A DNA stretch of 64,000 bases from an uncultured Planctomycetales bacterium (GCA_964630825.1 CAZVZR010000002.1:19648-83647); one strand, 5' to 3'; shown: positions 48,292 through 57,885, counted from the stretch's first letter. Numbers and translations are program-made. Notes: a model not told the origin generated them from the letters alone.

Positions 48292-50475
48292 ATGTATCAA
48301 CGGACTGGTAAGCTGACGGAAGAATTAGAATTGGCTCAATCACCATTGGCCGGCGGACAATTACCCAAGCGTTTGTTACCCGATGAAATAAAACATTTGA
48401 TTTGCGGCTATTGTTCCGTCGGCTGCAGCCTGGATGTTCACATGAAAAATAAAGAAGCGATTAATTTAATCCCCACGGAAGATTATCCCGTGAATATGGG
48501 CGAAGCCTGCCCCAAAGGCTGGGAGGCCTTAACGCCTTTAAAAGCGCCTGACCGGGCGACGCAGCCTTTATTGCGCAATGAGATGGGGAAGTTAGAAAAA
48601 GTTGATTGGCCAACGGCGATGGAGGCCTTCGTCAATAATTTTAATCGGATTATGCAAAAATACGGCAAAGAGAGCGTGGCATTTTTAAGCACTGGACAAA
48701 TTCCTATGGAAGAAATGGCGCTATTGGGTGTGGTGGCCAAATTGGGCATGGGCATAATCCATGGGGATAGCAATACACGCCAATGCATGGCGACGTCGGC
48801 GGTGGCTTATAAACAATCCTTTGGCTTCGACGCGCCGCCTTATAGTTATAAAGATTTGGAAGAGTCAGATGTTCTTATCTTTGTAGGCGCTAATCCCTGC
48901 ATCGCTCATCCTATTTTGTGGCAACGGGTGTTGATGAATAAAAACCGTCCGGAAATTATTGTCGTTGATCCTCGCAAAACAGAAACAGCCATGGCGGCAA
49001 CGCGGCATTATGCCTTGACGCCCAAATCGGATTTAACTTTATTTTATGGCCTGGCGCACACTTTAATTGAGAACGGCTGGATTGATAAAGAATATATTCA
49101 TCGTTACACCTCTGGATTTGGGGAATTTGAAAATCATGTTCAAGCGTTTACCCCTGATTTAGTTAGCCAGAAAACGGGCTTGAGCGTCCGTGAGGTTTAT
49201 GAATTTGCCAATATTATTCGTAAAGGCAAGAAGGTGTCGTTTTGGTGGACGATGGGGGTCAATCAAAGTTATGAAGGCGTCCGTACGGCGCAGGCCTTGA
49301 TTAACTTAAGTTTGATGACGGGGAATATGGGGAGACCAGGTACCGGGGCCAATTCTATTACCGGGCAATGTAATGCCATGGGGTCAAGATTATTTAGCAA
49401 TACCACGAATTTATTAGGCGGCCATGATTTCACCAATCCCGAACATCGAGAAAAGATCGCGACACTCCTTAACATAACCGAAGACCGGATCCCGGATAAA
49501 AACAGCCTTGCCTATGATCAAATCCTCGATGGAATTATGCAGAACAAGATAAAAGGTTTATGGATTATTGCTACCAATCCGGCGCATTCATGGATTAATC
49601 AGAATGAATTCCATGATTATATTAAAAACCTGGAATTCTTGGTGGTTCAGGATATGTACCATACGACGGAAACAGCCCGGCTGGCGCATTTAGTCTTACC
49701 GGCCGCTGGCTGGGGGGAAAAGGAAGGGACGTTTATTAATTCGGAAAGGCGGATCGGTTTAATTACAAAAGTTGCGCAGGCACCGGGAGAGGCGTTAGCG
49801 GACTTTGACATTTTTAAATTGATTGCCAAATATTGGGGCTGCGAACGGCTTTTTGAAAAGTGGGATTCTCCCGAGGCTGTATTTCAGATTCTAAAAGAAA
49901 TCTCTAAGGAGCAACCGTGCGATATTACCGGGATTAAGGATTATCAAATGATTTATGAAAATGGCGGCATTCAGTGGCCGTTTAAAGAGGGCGATACGTT
50001 AAAAGACAACGAACGGCGGCTTTTTGAAGACGGTCAATATTATCATGCGGATAAGAAGGCTAAATTTATTTTTGAGGCCAGCCGGGATAAACCCGAGCCG
50101 ATAAGCGAAAAGTATCCTTTTGAACTTTTGACCGGCCGCGGCACATCATCCCAGTGGCATACACAAACCAGAACCGGCAAATCCAAGATTCTGCAGAAAA
50201 TGTATCCACCAGATGTTTATGCGGAAATTAATCCTGAGGATGCCGAAAGATTAAATATCCAACAAGGCCAAGATGTTTTTATTTCAACACGCCGGGCCAG
50301 AGTTAAAGCGCGGGCTTTTATTACGCCCATTGTCAAACCCCAGCAGATTTTTATGCCGATGCATTATGAGGCAACCAATAAATTAACGTTTCCGGCATTT
50401 GACCCTTATTCAAGGCAGCCATCGTACAAGACTTGTGCCGCAATGATTTTATTAAACGAGAAGCAAGAGGTATAA
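48292..50475 (+). CDS. nasA: Molybdopterin (bis-MGD) oxidoreductase catalytic subunit, assimilatory nitrate reductase NasA/NarB-like (a formate-dehydrogenase-H-like enzyme is not excluded). No Tat signal.
   Basis: N-terminal 4Fe-4S motif [10 protein letters not shown]...CPKGW. 727 aa. Context with nirBD and nrtABCD. No twin-arginine motif. Confidence 0.7.
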   Translation: MYQRTGKLTEELELAQSPLAGGQLPKRLLPDEIKHLICGYCSVGCSLDVHMKNKEAINLIPTEDYPVNMGEACPKGWEALTPLKAPDRATQPLLRNEMGKLEKVDWPTAMEAFVNNFNRIMQKYGKESVAFLSTGQIPMEEMALLGVVAKLGMGIIHGDSNTRQCMATSAVAYKQSFGFDAPPYSYKDLEESDVLIFVGANPCIAHPILWQRVLMNKNRPEIIVVDPRKTETAMAATRHYALTPKSDLTLFYGLAHTLIENGWIDKEYIHRYTSGFGEFENHVQAFTPDLVSQKTGLSVREVYEFANIIRKGKKVSFWWTMGVNQSYEGVRTAQALINLSLMTGNMGRPGTGANSITGQCNAMGSRLFSNTTNLLGGHDFTNPEHREKIATLLNITEDRIPDKNSLAYDQILDGIMQNKIKGLWIIATNPAHSWINQNEFHDYIKNLEFLVVQDMYHTTETARLAHLVLPAAGWGEKEGTFINSERRIGLITKVAQAPGEALADFDIFKLIAKYWGCERLFEKWDSPEAVFQILKEISKEQPCDITGIKDYQMIYENGGIQWPFKEGDTLKDNERRLFEDGQYYHADKKAKFIFEASRDKPEPISEKYPFELLTGRGTSSQWHTQTRTGKSKILQKMYPPDVYAEINPEDAERLNIQQGQDVFISTRRARVKARAFITPIVKPQQIFMPMHYEATNKLTFPAFDPYSRQPSYKTCAAMILLNEKQEV

Positions 50476-50477
50476 TC

Positions 50478-51023
50478 ATGCTCGATTCTTTAGGAATTCA
50501 ACCCGTCGTGGTGTCCATTAATATTTCCAGAGGAGGAATCCCCAAGTTACCTGTTGAGCGTATTTTCGTCAGCGTTCAAGGATTAGAAGGCGATGGGCAT
50601 AATCACGATAAGCATAAAAGGTTAACTCAGGCCGTCTGTCTACAAGATCTAGAAAAGCTTCATGAATTAAGGAAAGAAGGTTATCCTTTAGCCTCGGGAG
50701 AAACCGGAGAGAATCTTACGGTGAGCAATTTACATGTTAACGCGTTGCCGCTAAGATCCATATTAGAATTTTCGGGTGGTGTTATTTTGGAATTAACTAA
50801 AATCCGGCAACCCTGTTACGTTCTTGATAGCATACATCCGCAACTAAAACAAGATATCGCAGGCCGTTGCGGAATTTATGCCAAAGTTTTAAAGGAAGGT
50901 TTTTTAAAAAAAGGTGAAAGCATCAAGATCATTGAGCCTGTCTTGTGGGGCGCGACGATTAACTATTTTCCCTCCCTTATAATTAGAAATCCTGCTTTAC
51001 AGCCCGAAGGAAATTTGGTATAA
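50478..51023 (+). CDS. MOSC-domain protein (YiiM-like)
   Basis: beta-barrel MOSC core GENLTVSNL...ELTKIRQPCYVLDSIHPQL with the conserved Cys. Start set at the ATG just after the nasA stop, TATAAT-like AT-rich leader. Confidence 0.7.
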   Translation: MLDSLGIQPVVVSINISRGGIPKLPVERIFVSVQGLEGDGHNHDKHKRLTQAVCLQDLEKLHELRKEGYPLASGETGENLTVSNLHVNALPLRSILEFSGGVILELTKIRQPCYVLDSIHPQLKQDIAGRCGIYAKVLKEGFLKKGESIKIIEPVLWGATINYFPSLIIRNPALQPEGNLV

Positions 51024-51169
51024 ATGAACCCGCCACTTATGGAGCTTTGATTTTTTTAGATTTTTTTTCCTGCCGCATCAGTTTTAAATGCCTCACGGAC
51101 TTCTCTAAAAGAATTTTATGGAAGTCAGTGCGGCATGTTTCTTTCTAAATAAATTTTGTAGTAAAACAT

Positions 51170-51243
51170 GCCGAGATAGCTCAGCTAGGTAGAGCAGTGG
51201 ACTGAAAATCCATGTGTCCCCAGTTCGATCCTGGGTCTCGGCA
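51170..51243 (+). tRNA. tRNA-Phe (GAA). No encoded CCA.
   Basis: Cloverleaf by hand: acceptor GCCGAGA/TCTCGGC, D-arm GCTC..GAGC, anticodon loop CTGAAAA, T-arm CCCAG-TTCGATC-CTGGG. Followed by TTTTTT. Confidence 0.9.
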
Positions 51244-51280
51244 TTTTTTCATAATTTTTTATTATAGAGAAAAAAGGCCG

Positions 51281-51556
51281 ATGCTGATTACTACCCCAAG
51301 CATGTTTAATAAAATAGATACAGAAACGATTAAAATGAAGCTGGATCAGGCCTGCGGTATGTACCTGGCAGAGCAGGAAAAACTACGAGGATTTGCCCAG
51401 GTTATATTTAACTTGAATCATTCGATGACTTACAGAGCTTTTGATAATGTGCTCAAAAGGCTCATTGAATCCAACGATCCAAGCAGACCCCAGAAGTTAA
51501 TTGCCGAGATTGAAAAATTCGTACAAATGGCAAAAAGGTTAGACAAGAATCTTTAA
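51281..51556 (+). CDS. Hypothetical small protein (91 aa)
   Basis: MLITTPSMFNKID... The ORF begins after the tRNA. The track's longer form overlaps the tRNA and was trimmed. Confidence 0.4.
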   Translation: MLITTPSMFNKIDTETIKMKLDQACGMYLAEQEKLRGFAQVIFNLNHSMTYRAFDNVLKRLIESNDPSRPQKLIAEIEKFVQMAKRLDKNL

Positions 51557-51563
51557 AAAATGC

Positions 51564-52388
51564 ATGAGCTCACCGGCACCATTTTTCTCTGTCATAGTTC
51601 CCACCTACGATCGCGCAAAATTTCTAAAGATTGCGCTTGATTCGGTTTTATCCCAAAGTTACTCCGATTTTGAATTGATTGTCATCGATGATGGCTCTAC
51701 GGATGGTACTAAAATTTTAATTAAAGAATGTAATGACCCGCGGATTGTGTATTTCTATCAGGACAATCACGGCGTGGCGCATGCCCGCAATAGAGGATTG
51801 GAAAAAGCCACGGGAGAGTGGGTTGCGTTTTTGGATTCGGACGATCAATGGATACGGGACAAGCTTAAGAAAACGGCAGAATATATCAAAGAATTCCCAT
51901 CGGTTAAGATTTTTCACACAGAAGAAAAATGGTACCGTAACGGCAAGGTTTTGAATCAAAAAAAGAAGCATAAAAAGCCGACGGGTTTTATTTATCGCGA
52001 CGCATTGCCCATTTGTTGTATTGGGATGTCGACGTCAGTAGTTCATCGCAGTGTCTTTGATAAGATTGGGTTGTTTGATGAGTCTTTAACGGCATGCGAA
52101 GATTATGATTTCTGGTTAAGGGCGGCACATGAGTTTGAAGTAAAATTAATTCCGGAGGTCTTGACGATTAAAGATGGCGGCCGGCCGGACCAACTTTCCG
52201 CACAGCCGGGATTGGATCGTTTCCGCATCAAGGCCCTTCACAAAATGCTCTCCTCGGGGAAGTTAAATCAAGAGGAGGCGCAACTGACACAAAAATATTT
52301 GCAAGAAAAAGCCGTCGTCTACATTGAGGGCGCAAAGAAGCGGGGAAAATTTGAAGAGGCAGAGAATTATCAATGGGCACTAAAGTAA
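51564..52388 (+). CDS. Family 2 glycosyltransferase
   Basis: FFSVIVPTYDRAKFLKIALDSVLSQSYSDFELIVIDDGSTDGT. DSDD. Confidence 0.8.
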   Translation: MSSPAPFFSVIVPTYDRAKFLKIALDSVLSQSYSDFELIVIDDGSTDGTKILIKECNDPRIVYFYQDNHGVAHARNRGLEKATGEWVAFLDSDDQWIRDKLKKTAEYIKEFPSVKIFHTEEKWYRNGKVLNQKKKHKKPTGFIYRDALPICCIGMSTSVVHRSVFDKIGLFDESLTACEDYDFWLRAAHEFEVKLIPEVLTIKDGGRPDQLSAQPGLDRFRIKALHKMLSSGKLNQEEAQLTQKYLQEKAVVYIEGAKKRGKFEEAENYQWALK

Positions 52389-54130
52389 AAGCCTTTATTC
52401 TGTTGGTTGTTTTGGTGTTTCTTGCTTACGCCAATGTCTTGACGCACGGCTTTGCCGGGGATGACCACACACTTTTTGGGATTAATGATTTTTATCGTAA
52501 CCCCAATAACCTGTCTAAACTATTTTCGCCGGAGTTTATTACCCGTCCGGAAGACTTCAACGCGCAAAAGTCATTGTCACGTAATTTGTCGGTGTCGGGC
52601 TGTGTTTCCTATCGGCCGGTTACGGCGCTGTCGTTTTTTGTCGATTGTTTTATTTGGCATCTTCAACCCTTCGGTTACCATCTGACAAATATTATTCTGC
52701 ACGGTGTTATAGCGTATCTTTTGTATTGCCTGGTATTTTTATTGGTCAAGGATTCAGCGGTCGCCGTGCTGGCGGCATTATTTTTTGCGCTGCATCCCGT
52801 TCAGGCGGAGCTCATCAACAATATCGGGTACCGTTCCGACCTGATTTGCACATTGTTTTATCTCTTGGGGTTTCTATTTTATGTCCGGTGGCGCGCGGGC
52901 GAATTCAAGCGGGTGGGGTTGGTTCACGGCTGCTTCTTTATTGCTTTGTTTACCAAGGAAACGGCCGTTACGTTCCCGGCGGTCATTCTAGCTTACGAAT
53001 ATTTCTTCGGCCGGGAAAAATCTTTCAACATGATTTTACAGAAAAATAAAATTTTTTTCTCAGCTCAGGCATGTCTTTTACTGTTCTATCTTTTTATTTA
53101 TTTTTTTGTCTTCCCGAACTCCAGCCTGGCGGGAGTAAAACATTTTTCCCTGGTTGGGCAGATCCGGATTGCGCTGGGGGCAGGTTATGAATATCTTTTG
53201 GCGCTAATACTTCCCTGGAAAGTCAAAATCCTGCCGTCGTTTTACGTGCCGTCATTAGAAGGTATTCGTTTGTCCGAGATTTTGCTGTTGGGGATTTTAA
53301 TTGCTGTTTGCTGGGGCATTTTTCGAAAATGCGTTGTCCAAAAGAAAGCGGCCGCTTTCTTTGTCGCGTGGTCTTTTCTGACGTATTTGCCGACGGCAAA
53401 TTTATTCCCAGTTCCTAATCCGCTGGCGTACCGTTTTTTGTATTTGCCTTCGGTGGGATTTTTTACTTTCACTGCGATTATTTTAGGGTGGCTGCTGGCA
53501 AAATTGGACACAAAAACGAAGAAAAAGTTTTATTCTTTTCTGTTAAAAGTTACGGCTGTTGGCTTGTTAGTGGGAGTAACAATGCCGTTAAACGAGTATT
53601 ACCAAAATGACATTGCCTGGAATAAGAAAATTATTGAGGATTTCCCAGAGAGCACGTACAATTATCTTCTCTTGGCGAGCTTCTACCGGCAAAGTGGAAA
53701 ATACGATGCGGCCATTGCTTTTTTGCGGAAATATTTGGATAATAGGAGGAAAAGTTCGAGCGGTTTTGCGGAGAAGGAAGACTACGAAATCTTGACGGAA
53801 ATCGGGACCTGTTACGTCAACAACCCCGATGAAGCAATTAAATATTTTAAGCACGCGATTGATTTGAAACCTGATTACGCGCTCGCGTACGCGCAAATGG
53901 GCAAGGCGTATTTGCTCAAAGGCGACGCGGTCAAATCTTTGGAGTTGAGCCAGCGGGCGTTATTTTTGAAGAAAGATTTGTTGGAAGGTTACGCGTACGC
54001 CGTCGAAGCTGCGCTGGCGTTGGGGGACAGGGATTCGGTGAAAATATTGCTCACCCGGGCGCTCAAAGTTTACCCGCAGGAGCAGTTGTTTTTGGGGTTA
54101 AAAGCGCAGTTGGAAAAAAAGATTCATTGA
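52373..54130 (+). CDS. TMTC-like protein: N-terminal multi-TM (DUF1736/PMT-like, GT-C-type) domain plus C-terminal TPR repeats
   Basis: YRPVTALSFFVDCFIWHLQPFGYHLTNIILHG block. About 10 TM helices. C-terminal TPR-like repeats (AIKYFKHAIDLKPDYALAYAQMGKAY). Confidence 0.7.
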   Translation: MGTKVKAFILLVVLVFLAYANVLTHGFAGDDHTLFGINDFYRNPNNLSKLFSPEFITRPEDFNAQKSLSRNLSVSGCVSYRPVTALSFFVDCFIWHLQPFGYHLTNIILHGVIAYLLYCLVFLLVKDSAVAVLAALFFALHPVQAELINNIGYRSDLICTLFYLLGFLFYVRWRAGEFKRVGLVHGCFFIALFTKETAVTFPAVILAYEYFFGREKSFNMILQKNKIFFSAQACLLLFYLFIYFFVFPNSSLAGVKHFSLVGQIRIALGAGYEYLLALILPWKVKILPSFYVPSLEGIRLSEILLLGILIAVCWGIFRKCVVQKKAAAFFVAWSFLTYLPTANLFPVPNPLAYRFLYLPSVGFFTFTAIILGWLLAKLDTKTKKKFYSFLLKVTAVGLLVGVTMPLNEYYQNDIAWNKKIIEDFPESTYNYLLLASFYRQSGKYDAAIAFLRKYLDNRRKSSSGFAEKEDYEILTEIGTCYVNNPDEAIKYFKHAIDLKPDYALAYAQMGKAYLLKGDAVKSLELSQRALFLKKDLLEGYAYAVEAALALGDRDSVKILLTRALKVYPQEQLFLGLKAQLEKKIH

Positions 54131-54149
54131 AAACTAAAGCGTTAAAGAT

Positions 54150-54200
54150 TCTGCTGGCGTCCCGTTTTCTAAAGTAGAATGCGGGACTTAGCAGATTTTT
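54150..54200 (+). terminator. Rho-independent terminator (interrupted 12-bp stem)
   Basis: TCTGCTggcGTCCCG-ttttctaaagtagaatg-CGGGACttAGCAGA, then TTTTT. Confidence 0.65.
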
Positions 54201-54222
54201 CGAGAATAAATTGTTGTAATCT

Positions 54223-54295
54223 GCTGGCGTAGCTCAGTTGGTAGAGCAGCTGATTCGTAATCAGCAGGTCACCAGTTCAACTCTGGTCGCCAGCT
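54223..54295 (+). tRNA. tRNA-Thr (CGT)
   Basis: Acceptor GCTGGCG/CGCCAGC, D-arm GCTC-AGTTGGTA-GAGC, anticodon arm GCTGA-TTCGTAA-TCAGC, T-arm ACCAG-TTCAACT-CTGGT. Confidence 0.85.
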
Positions 54296-54425
54296 TTTTA
54301 AATGAACGTACAGAGCAACGCATTCGCCCCTAGGCGACCTCTAAAAATTAATGTACCTAGGGGTTACTCGCCTAAGTAGTCCCGAGCGCTTTAAAAAATA
54401 AGATCGAGGGCGAGGGATAATGCGT

Positions 54426-54455
54426 GGGTCAGGAGTTCGACTCTCCTCGTCGGCT
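54426..54455 (+). other. tRNA-like 3' fragment: variable-loop, T-arm and acceptor 3' strand with no matching 5' half
   Basis: GGGTC-AGGAG-TTCGACT-CTCCT-CGTCGGC-T has the same layout as the 3' third of the adjacent tRNA-Thr. I could not find the complementary GCCGACG 5' strand within 200 nt. Confidence 0.4.
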
Positions 54456-54483
54456 TGTTTTTCTTGTTGGTTAATAATTGTGA

Positions 54484-56397
54484 ATGAATCAACCTCAACA
54501 CAACCTTCTTCTTTCCCGCAAATTTTTAATCCTCATTGTTTTTGTTTTGGGCTTTTGCGCCTACTCGTTTAATTTAACCGGTAAATTTAAACTTGTCGAC
54601 GACCAAGTCTCGATTGTCAAAAATGAGACCGTCAAAAATTTGACGGCCGCCAACGTCAATCAAATTTTCCATTCCTCGTTTTTCGGCGACAAGGAGAAGG
54701 CTTACTACCGGCCGTTGGTTCTGTTGTCGTTCGCGCTGGAATACCGTTTTTTCGGCCCGGATCCGTTTTATTTTTACTTGACCAATATTTTACTTCACGT
54801 TTTTAATGCCCTTTTACTTTTTTTTGCCGTTGAGGCACTGACGAAACGAACTTTGCCCGCCTTCTGGGTTGCGCTTCTTTTTGTCATTCATCCTGTCCAT
54901 TGGGAAGCTGTGGCCAACATTGCCGGCCGTTCAATTTTACTGTGTGCTTTTGGGTATTTCGCGGCCTTTTTATTCTTTGTAAAGTTTGACCAGGAACCGG
55001 AAAAAAAGAAATACCTGCTTCTTTCTTTGTTGGGGTTTGCGTGGGCGTTGCTTAGCAAAGAGTCCGGCGTAACGTTTTTGCTGATTCTGCTCAGTTACGT
55101 TTTATTTTTCGAATCATCCTCGGGGATTAAAGGAATTTTTTCTAAAGCCCTGAACCGCCTTTGGCCGTATTTGATTATTTTCCTTGGGTACATGGCAACC
55201 CGACGGTCACTGGGCATTGTTAAGATTTATTACTGGGAAAATTATTGGCAGATGTTTTTAGGGGTGGCCACTTTTTTGCGGGGGGTGCTCACGTACTTGC
55301 GGCTGATTGTTTTGCCCTACGATTTGCATTTTGAGCGCTCGATCGCGTATTTTTTCCGGCCTAACGACCCGGAGCTTATTTGGACTTTTATTTTTTACGG
55401 ACTCTTGCTTGCCTTGCTGGTAAGGCGAAGAAAAAGCTTCTCGCCGGTACAAAAGTTTTTTTTGGCGTGGTTTTGCCTGGATTTAATCCTGGTTGCCCAG
55501 GTTATCCCGGTTAAGTTTCAGCAATTTTACGCGGCGCTCTTTGAGCATTTTCTTTACATTCCACTCGCGGGGATATTGGCCTTTGCTGTTTTCACGGTTG
55601 AAAAACTTTGGGCAAGCCCAAAACGACGCGGGCTTTTCTCACGCCAAAGCTTGGCAGTGCTCGTCGCCGGTTTTTGTTCCTTTTTATTTGTAACGAGCAT
55701 CACGCAGAGCATTTACGCCGCCAATGAAGTGGCCATGCTCAAGCGAACGTTGGATTTTGCTCCTTACAGTTTGCGTGTCCGGCGGTCGTACGCGTTTACG
55801 TTTGTTAAAGACGGTAATTATAAAGAAGCGGAACGGCAATACCGCTTGGCCTTGGACGCCGAGCCGTGGGATGCCGCCGCCCGCATCGGCTTAGGGAAAA
55901 CCCTTTGCGACCAGGACCGGTATTGGGAAGGGATTGCCGAATACGATAAAGTCCACGATGCCGGCGACTTAACCGAGATGCTCAAGAAAAATAAGCGTTT
56001 GGCTTACGGCATCCTCATCGACAAATACAAAAATAAAATTAACCAGGAGCCGCAGAATGCCGCACTTTATTACAGTTTGGGTGTTATGTACTCTAAAACT
56101 GATAAAATGATGGATGCCCTTGCCAATTACAAAATTGCCGTCGATCTTGACCCAACTCACACGGATGCTTTATTTAATTTGGCGTCGAGCTATGAAGCCT
56201 TGGGTCGGCTGCCCGAGGCAGCCGGTTATTACGAACAGATGCTTGCGGTTAAAAAATCGCGGGATTATCTCGATTACCACGCGTATCAGCATTTGGGAAA
56301 GATTTATCAAATTCTCGGCGACGAAGAAAGGGCAAAGGATTATAGTAAGAAGGCCAAAGAATTGGAGGGGGTCGTTCTTCCAAAGACAAAACAATGA
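54484..56397 (+). CDS. TMTC-like protein, paralogue 2 (multi-TM DUF1736/PMT-like domain plus TPR repeats)
   Basis: YYRPLVLLSFALEYRFFGPDPFYFYLTNILLH aligns with the corresponding block of the 52373 gene. C-terminal TPRs (ALYYSLGVMYSKTDKMMDALANYKIAVDLDP). Confidence 0.7.
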   Translation: MNQPQHNLLLSRKFLILIVFVLGFCAYSFNLTGKFKLVDDQVSIVKNETVKNLTAANVNQIFHSSFFGDKEKAYYRPLVLLSFALEYRFFGPDPFYFYLTNILLHVFNALLLFFAVEALTKRTLPAFWVALLFVIHPVHWEAVANIAGRSILLCAFGYFAAFLFFVKFDQEPEKKKYLLLSLLGFAWALLSKESGVTFLLILLSYVLFFESSSGIKGIFSKALNRLWPYLIIFLGYMATRRSLGIVKIYYWENYWQMFLGVATFLRGVLTYLRLIVLPYDLHFERSIAYFFRPNDPELIWTFIFYGLLLALLVRRRKSFSPVQKFFLAWFCLDLILVAQVIPVKFQQFYAALFEHFLYIPLAGILAFAVFTVEKLWASPKRRGLFSRQSLAVLVAGFCSFLFVTSITQSIYAANEVAMLKRTLDFAPYSLRVRRSYAFTFVKDGNYKEAERQYRLALDAEPWDAAARIGLGKTLCDQDRYWEGIAEYDKVHDAGDLTEMLKKNKRLAYGILIDKYKNKINQEPQNAALYYSLGVMYSKTDKMMDALANYKIAVDLDPTHTDALFNLASSYEALGRLPEAAGYYEQMLAVKKSRDYLDYHAYQHLGKIYQILGDEERAKDYSKKAKELEGVVLPKTKQ

Positions 56398-57662
56398 TTC
56401 GGTTTCTCACTCATTTAAAAAATCGGAATTTTTTGCGGTTGTATTTAGCCCAGCTCATTTCCCAATTTGGTGACCGCATCCATCAGCTCGCGTTAGTCGG
56501 TTTGATTGCCGAACGGTCATCCGGATCAGAAATCCATTTGGCCAAAATTTTAGCTTTTACCATTTTGCCGGTATTTATTGTCCAGCCGATTGCCGGTGTT
56601 TTTGTTGACCGCTGGAACAGGAGGATCACACTCTTTGTCTGCGACGTGGCGCGCGGCGTGTTGGTCCTTTTGATTCCTTTAATCTTTATTTACTGGCATT
56701 CCATCATCCCGATTTACATTATTGTTTTTGTCGTATTTTCGTTTTCGCGGTTTTACATTCCGGCAAAGATGTCGTTAATCCCCGACTTGGTTGAGGAAAA
56801 AGATCTCATTACCGCCAATTCATTTGTTTCAACGACGGGAATGATCGCTTTCTGCCTGGGGGCGGCCCTGGGCGGATTTTTTATCGACTGGTGGGGCGCC
56901 CGGAGCGGTTTTATCATTGATTCCGTCACGTTTTTTATTTCAGCGACACTGCTTATTACCATGAACCTTAAAAAACGATTGCGGGAGACGCGCAAAGAAT
57001 GGCTCCAAAAAAGCCGGCAGCTGCAAACCGTCAATCGTTCCGTTTGGGCGGAAATAAAAGAAGGCTTTCTCTATTTAAAGAAGCACAAAGAAATCAATAC
57101 CGTCGTCAATATGCTGTATATTCTTATGTCGGCCTGCGGGGCAATTTATGTCGTCATCATTGTTTTCATTCAACATTCGTTTCATAGCGTGACTAAAGAC
57201 TTGGGTCTTATCGCGGTTTCTGTCGGTATTGGGTTGTTTTGCGGGGTCCTGCTCTATGGGAAATGGGGGCGCAATATCCGTTGGAACAAAACAATTTTCG
57301 GCTGCCTTGGTTTAAGCGGGCTGATGATTATTGTTTTTGCTTTAGTTGTGTATTATTTCCCTCATCTGACCGTTGCTATGGGCATGGCGTTTTGTTTGGG
57401 GATGGTCATCGGGCCAGTTTTTATATCGGCCAATACCGTTGTTCACATTGTAACCGATGAAGCAATGCGCGGGAAAGTTTTCAGCGCCTTGGAAATTGTG
57501 ATCCATTTTGGTTTTTTGACGACGATGTTTTTAAGTTCGTGGCTGTCTAAGTTTATCGGCGAGGTATGGGTCTTGACAGCGGCGGGAGGAATCGTTAGCA
57601 TAGTCGGGTTGGTGGGCTTAATCAGTACCCGCAAAGATTCAACATTTGCATTGAAGGTGTAG
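56394..57662 (+). CDS. MFS transporter (12 TM)
   Basis: LRLYLAQLISQFGDRIHQLALVGLI. Motif-A-like GVFVDRWNRR between TM2 and TM3. Confidence 0.8.
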   Translation: MIRFLTHLKNRNFLRLYLAQLISQFGDRIHQLALVGLIAERSSGSEIHLAKILAFTILPVFIVQPIAGVFVDRWNRRITLFVCDVARGVLVLLIPLIFIYWHSIIPIYIIVFVVFSFSRFYIPAKMSLIPDLVEEKDLITANSFVSTTGMIAFCLGAALGGFFIDWWGARSGFIIDSVTFFISATLLITMNLKKRLRETRKEWLQKSRQLQTVNRSVWAEIKEGFLYLKKHKEINTVVNMLYILMSACGAIYVVIIVFIQHSFHSVTKDLGLIAVSVGIGLFCGVLLYGKWGRNIRWNKTIFGCLGLSGLMIIVFALVVYYFPHLTVAMGMAFCLGMVIGPVFISANTVVHIVTDEAMRGKVFSALEIVIHFGFLTTMFLSSWLSKFIGEVWVLTAAGGIVSIVGLVGLISTRKDSTFALKV

Positions 57663-57885
57663 ATGGGGCATACTTTAATGAGCGCATGGTTTACGGAAAC
57701 GATAGTGAACGTAAACCATAAGCGCGAATTAACCCCCACGATTTAGTTTCCGAAGGAAACATGTGGGGGGTAAACGAGGCTGTATCCCGATTTTCGCTTT
57801 GCGAAAACGGGATTAATTCCGGCAGTCACTTATGTTCGCTCATAAACTCGCTCCATATGTGACGCCGTCATTAAGGAGTCAGGAA

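Noticed and set aside
48292-50475. Assigning the molybdoenzyme as a respiratory periplasmic nitrate reductase (NapA) or as NarG
   Set aside because: There is no twin-arginine signal peptide. The size (727 aa) and the N-terminal single 4Fe-4S motif fit NasA, NarB and FdhF-class enzymes, not the 1200-aa NarG. The call is left as NasA/NarB-like with the formate dehydrogenase alternative flagged.
51212-51556. The ORF-track start at 51212 for the small protein, overlapping tRNA-Phe
   Set aside because: The 5' portion would be translated from inside the tRNA gene. The CDS was trimmed to the first ATG downstream (51281). Even that CDS is low confidence.
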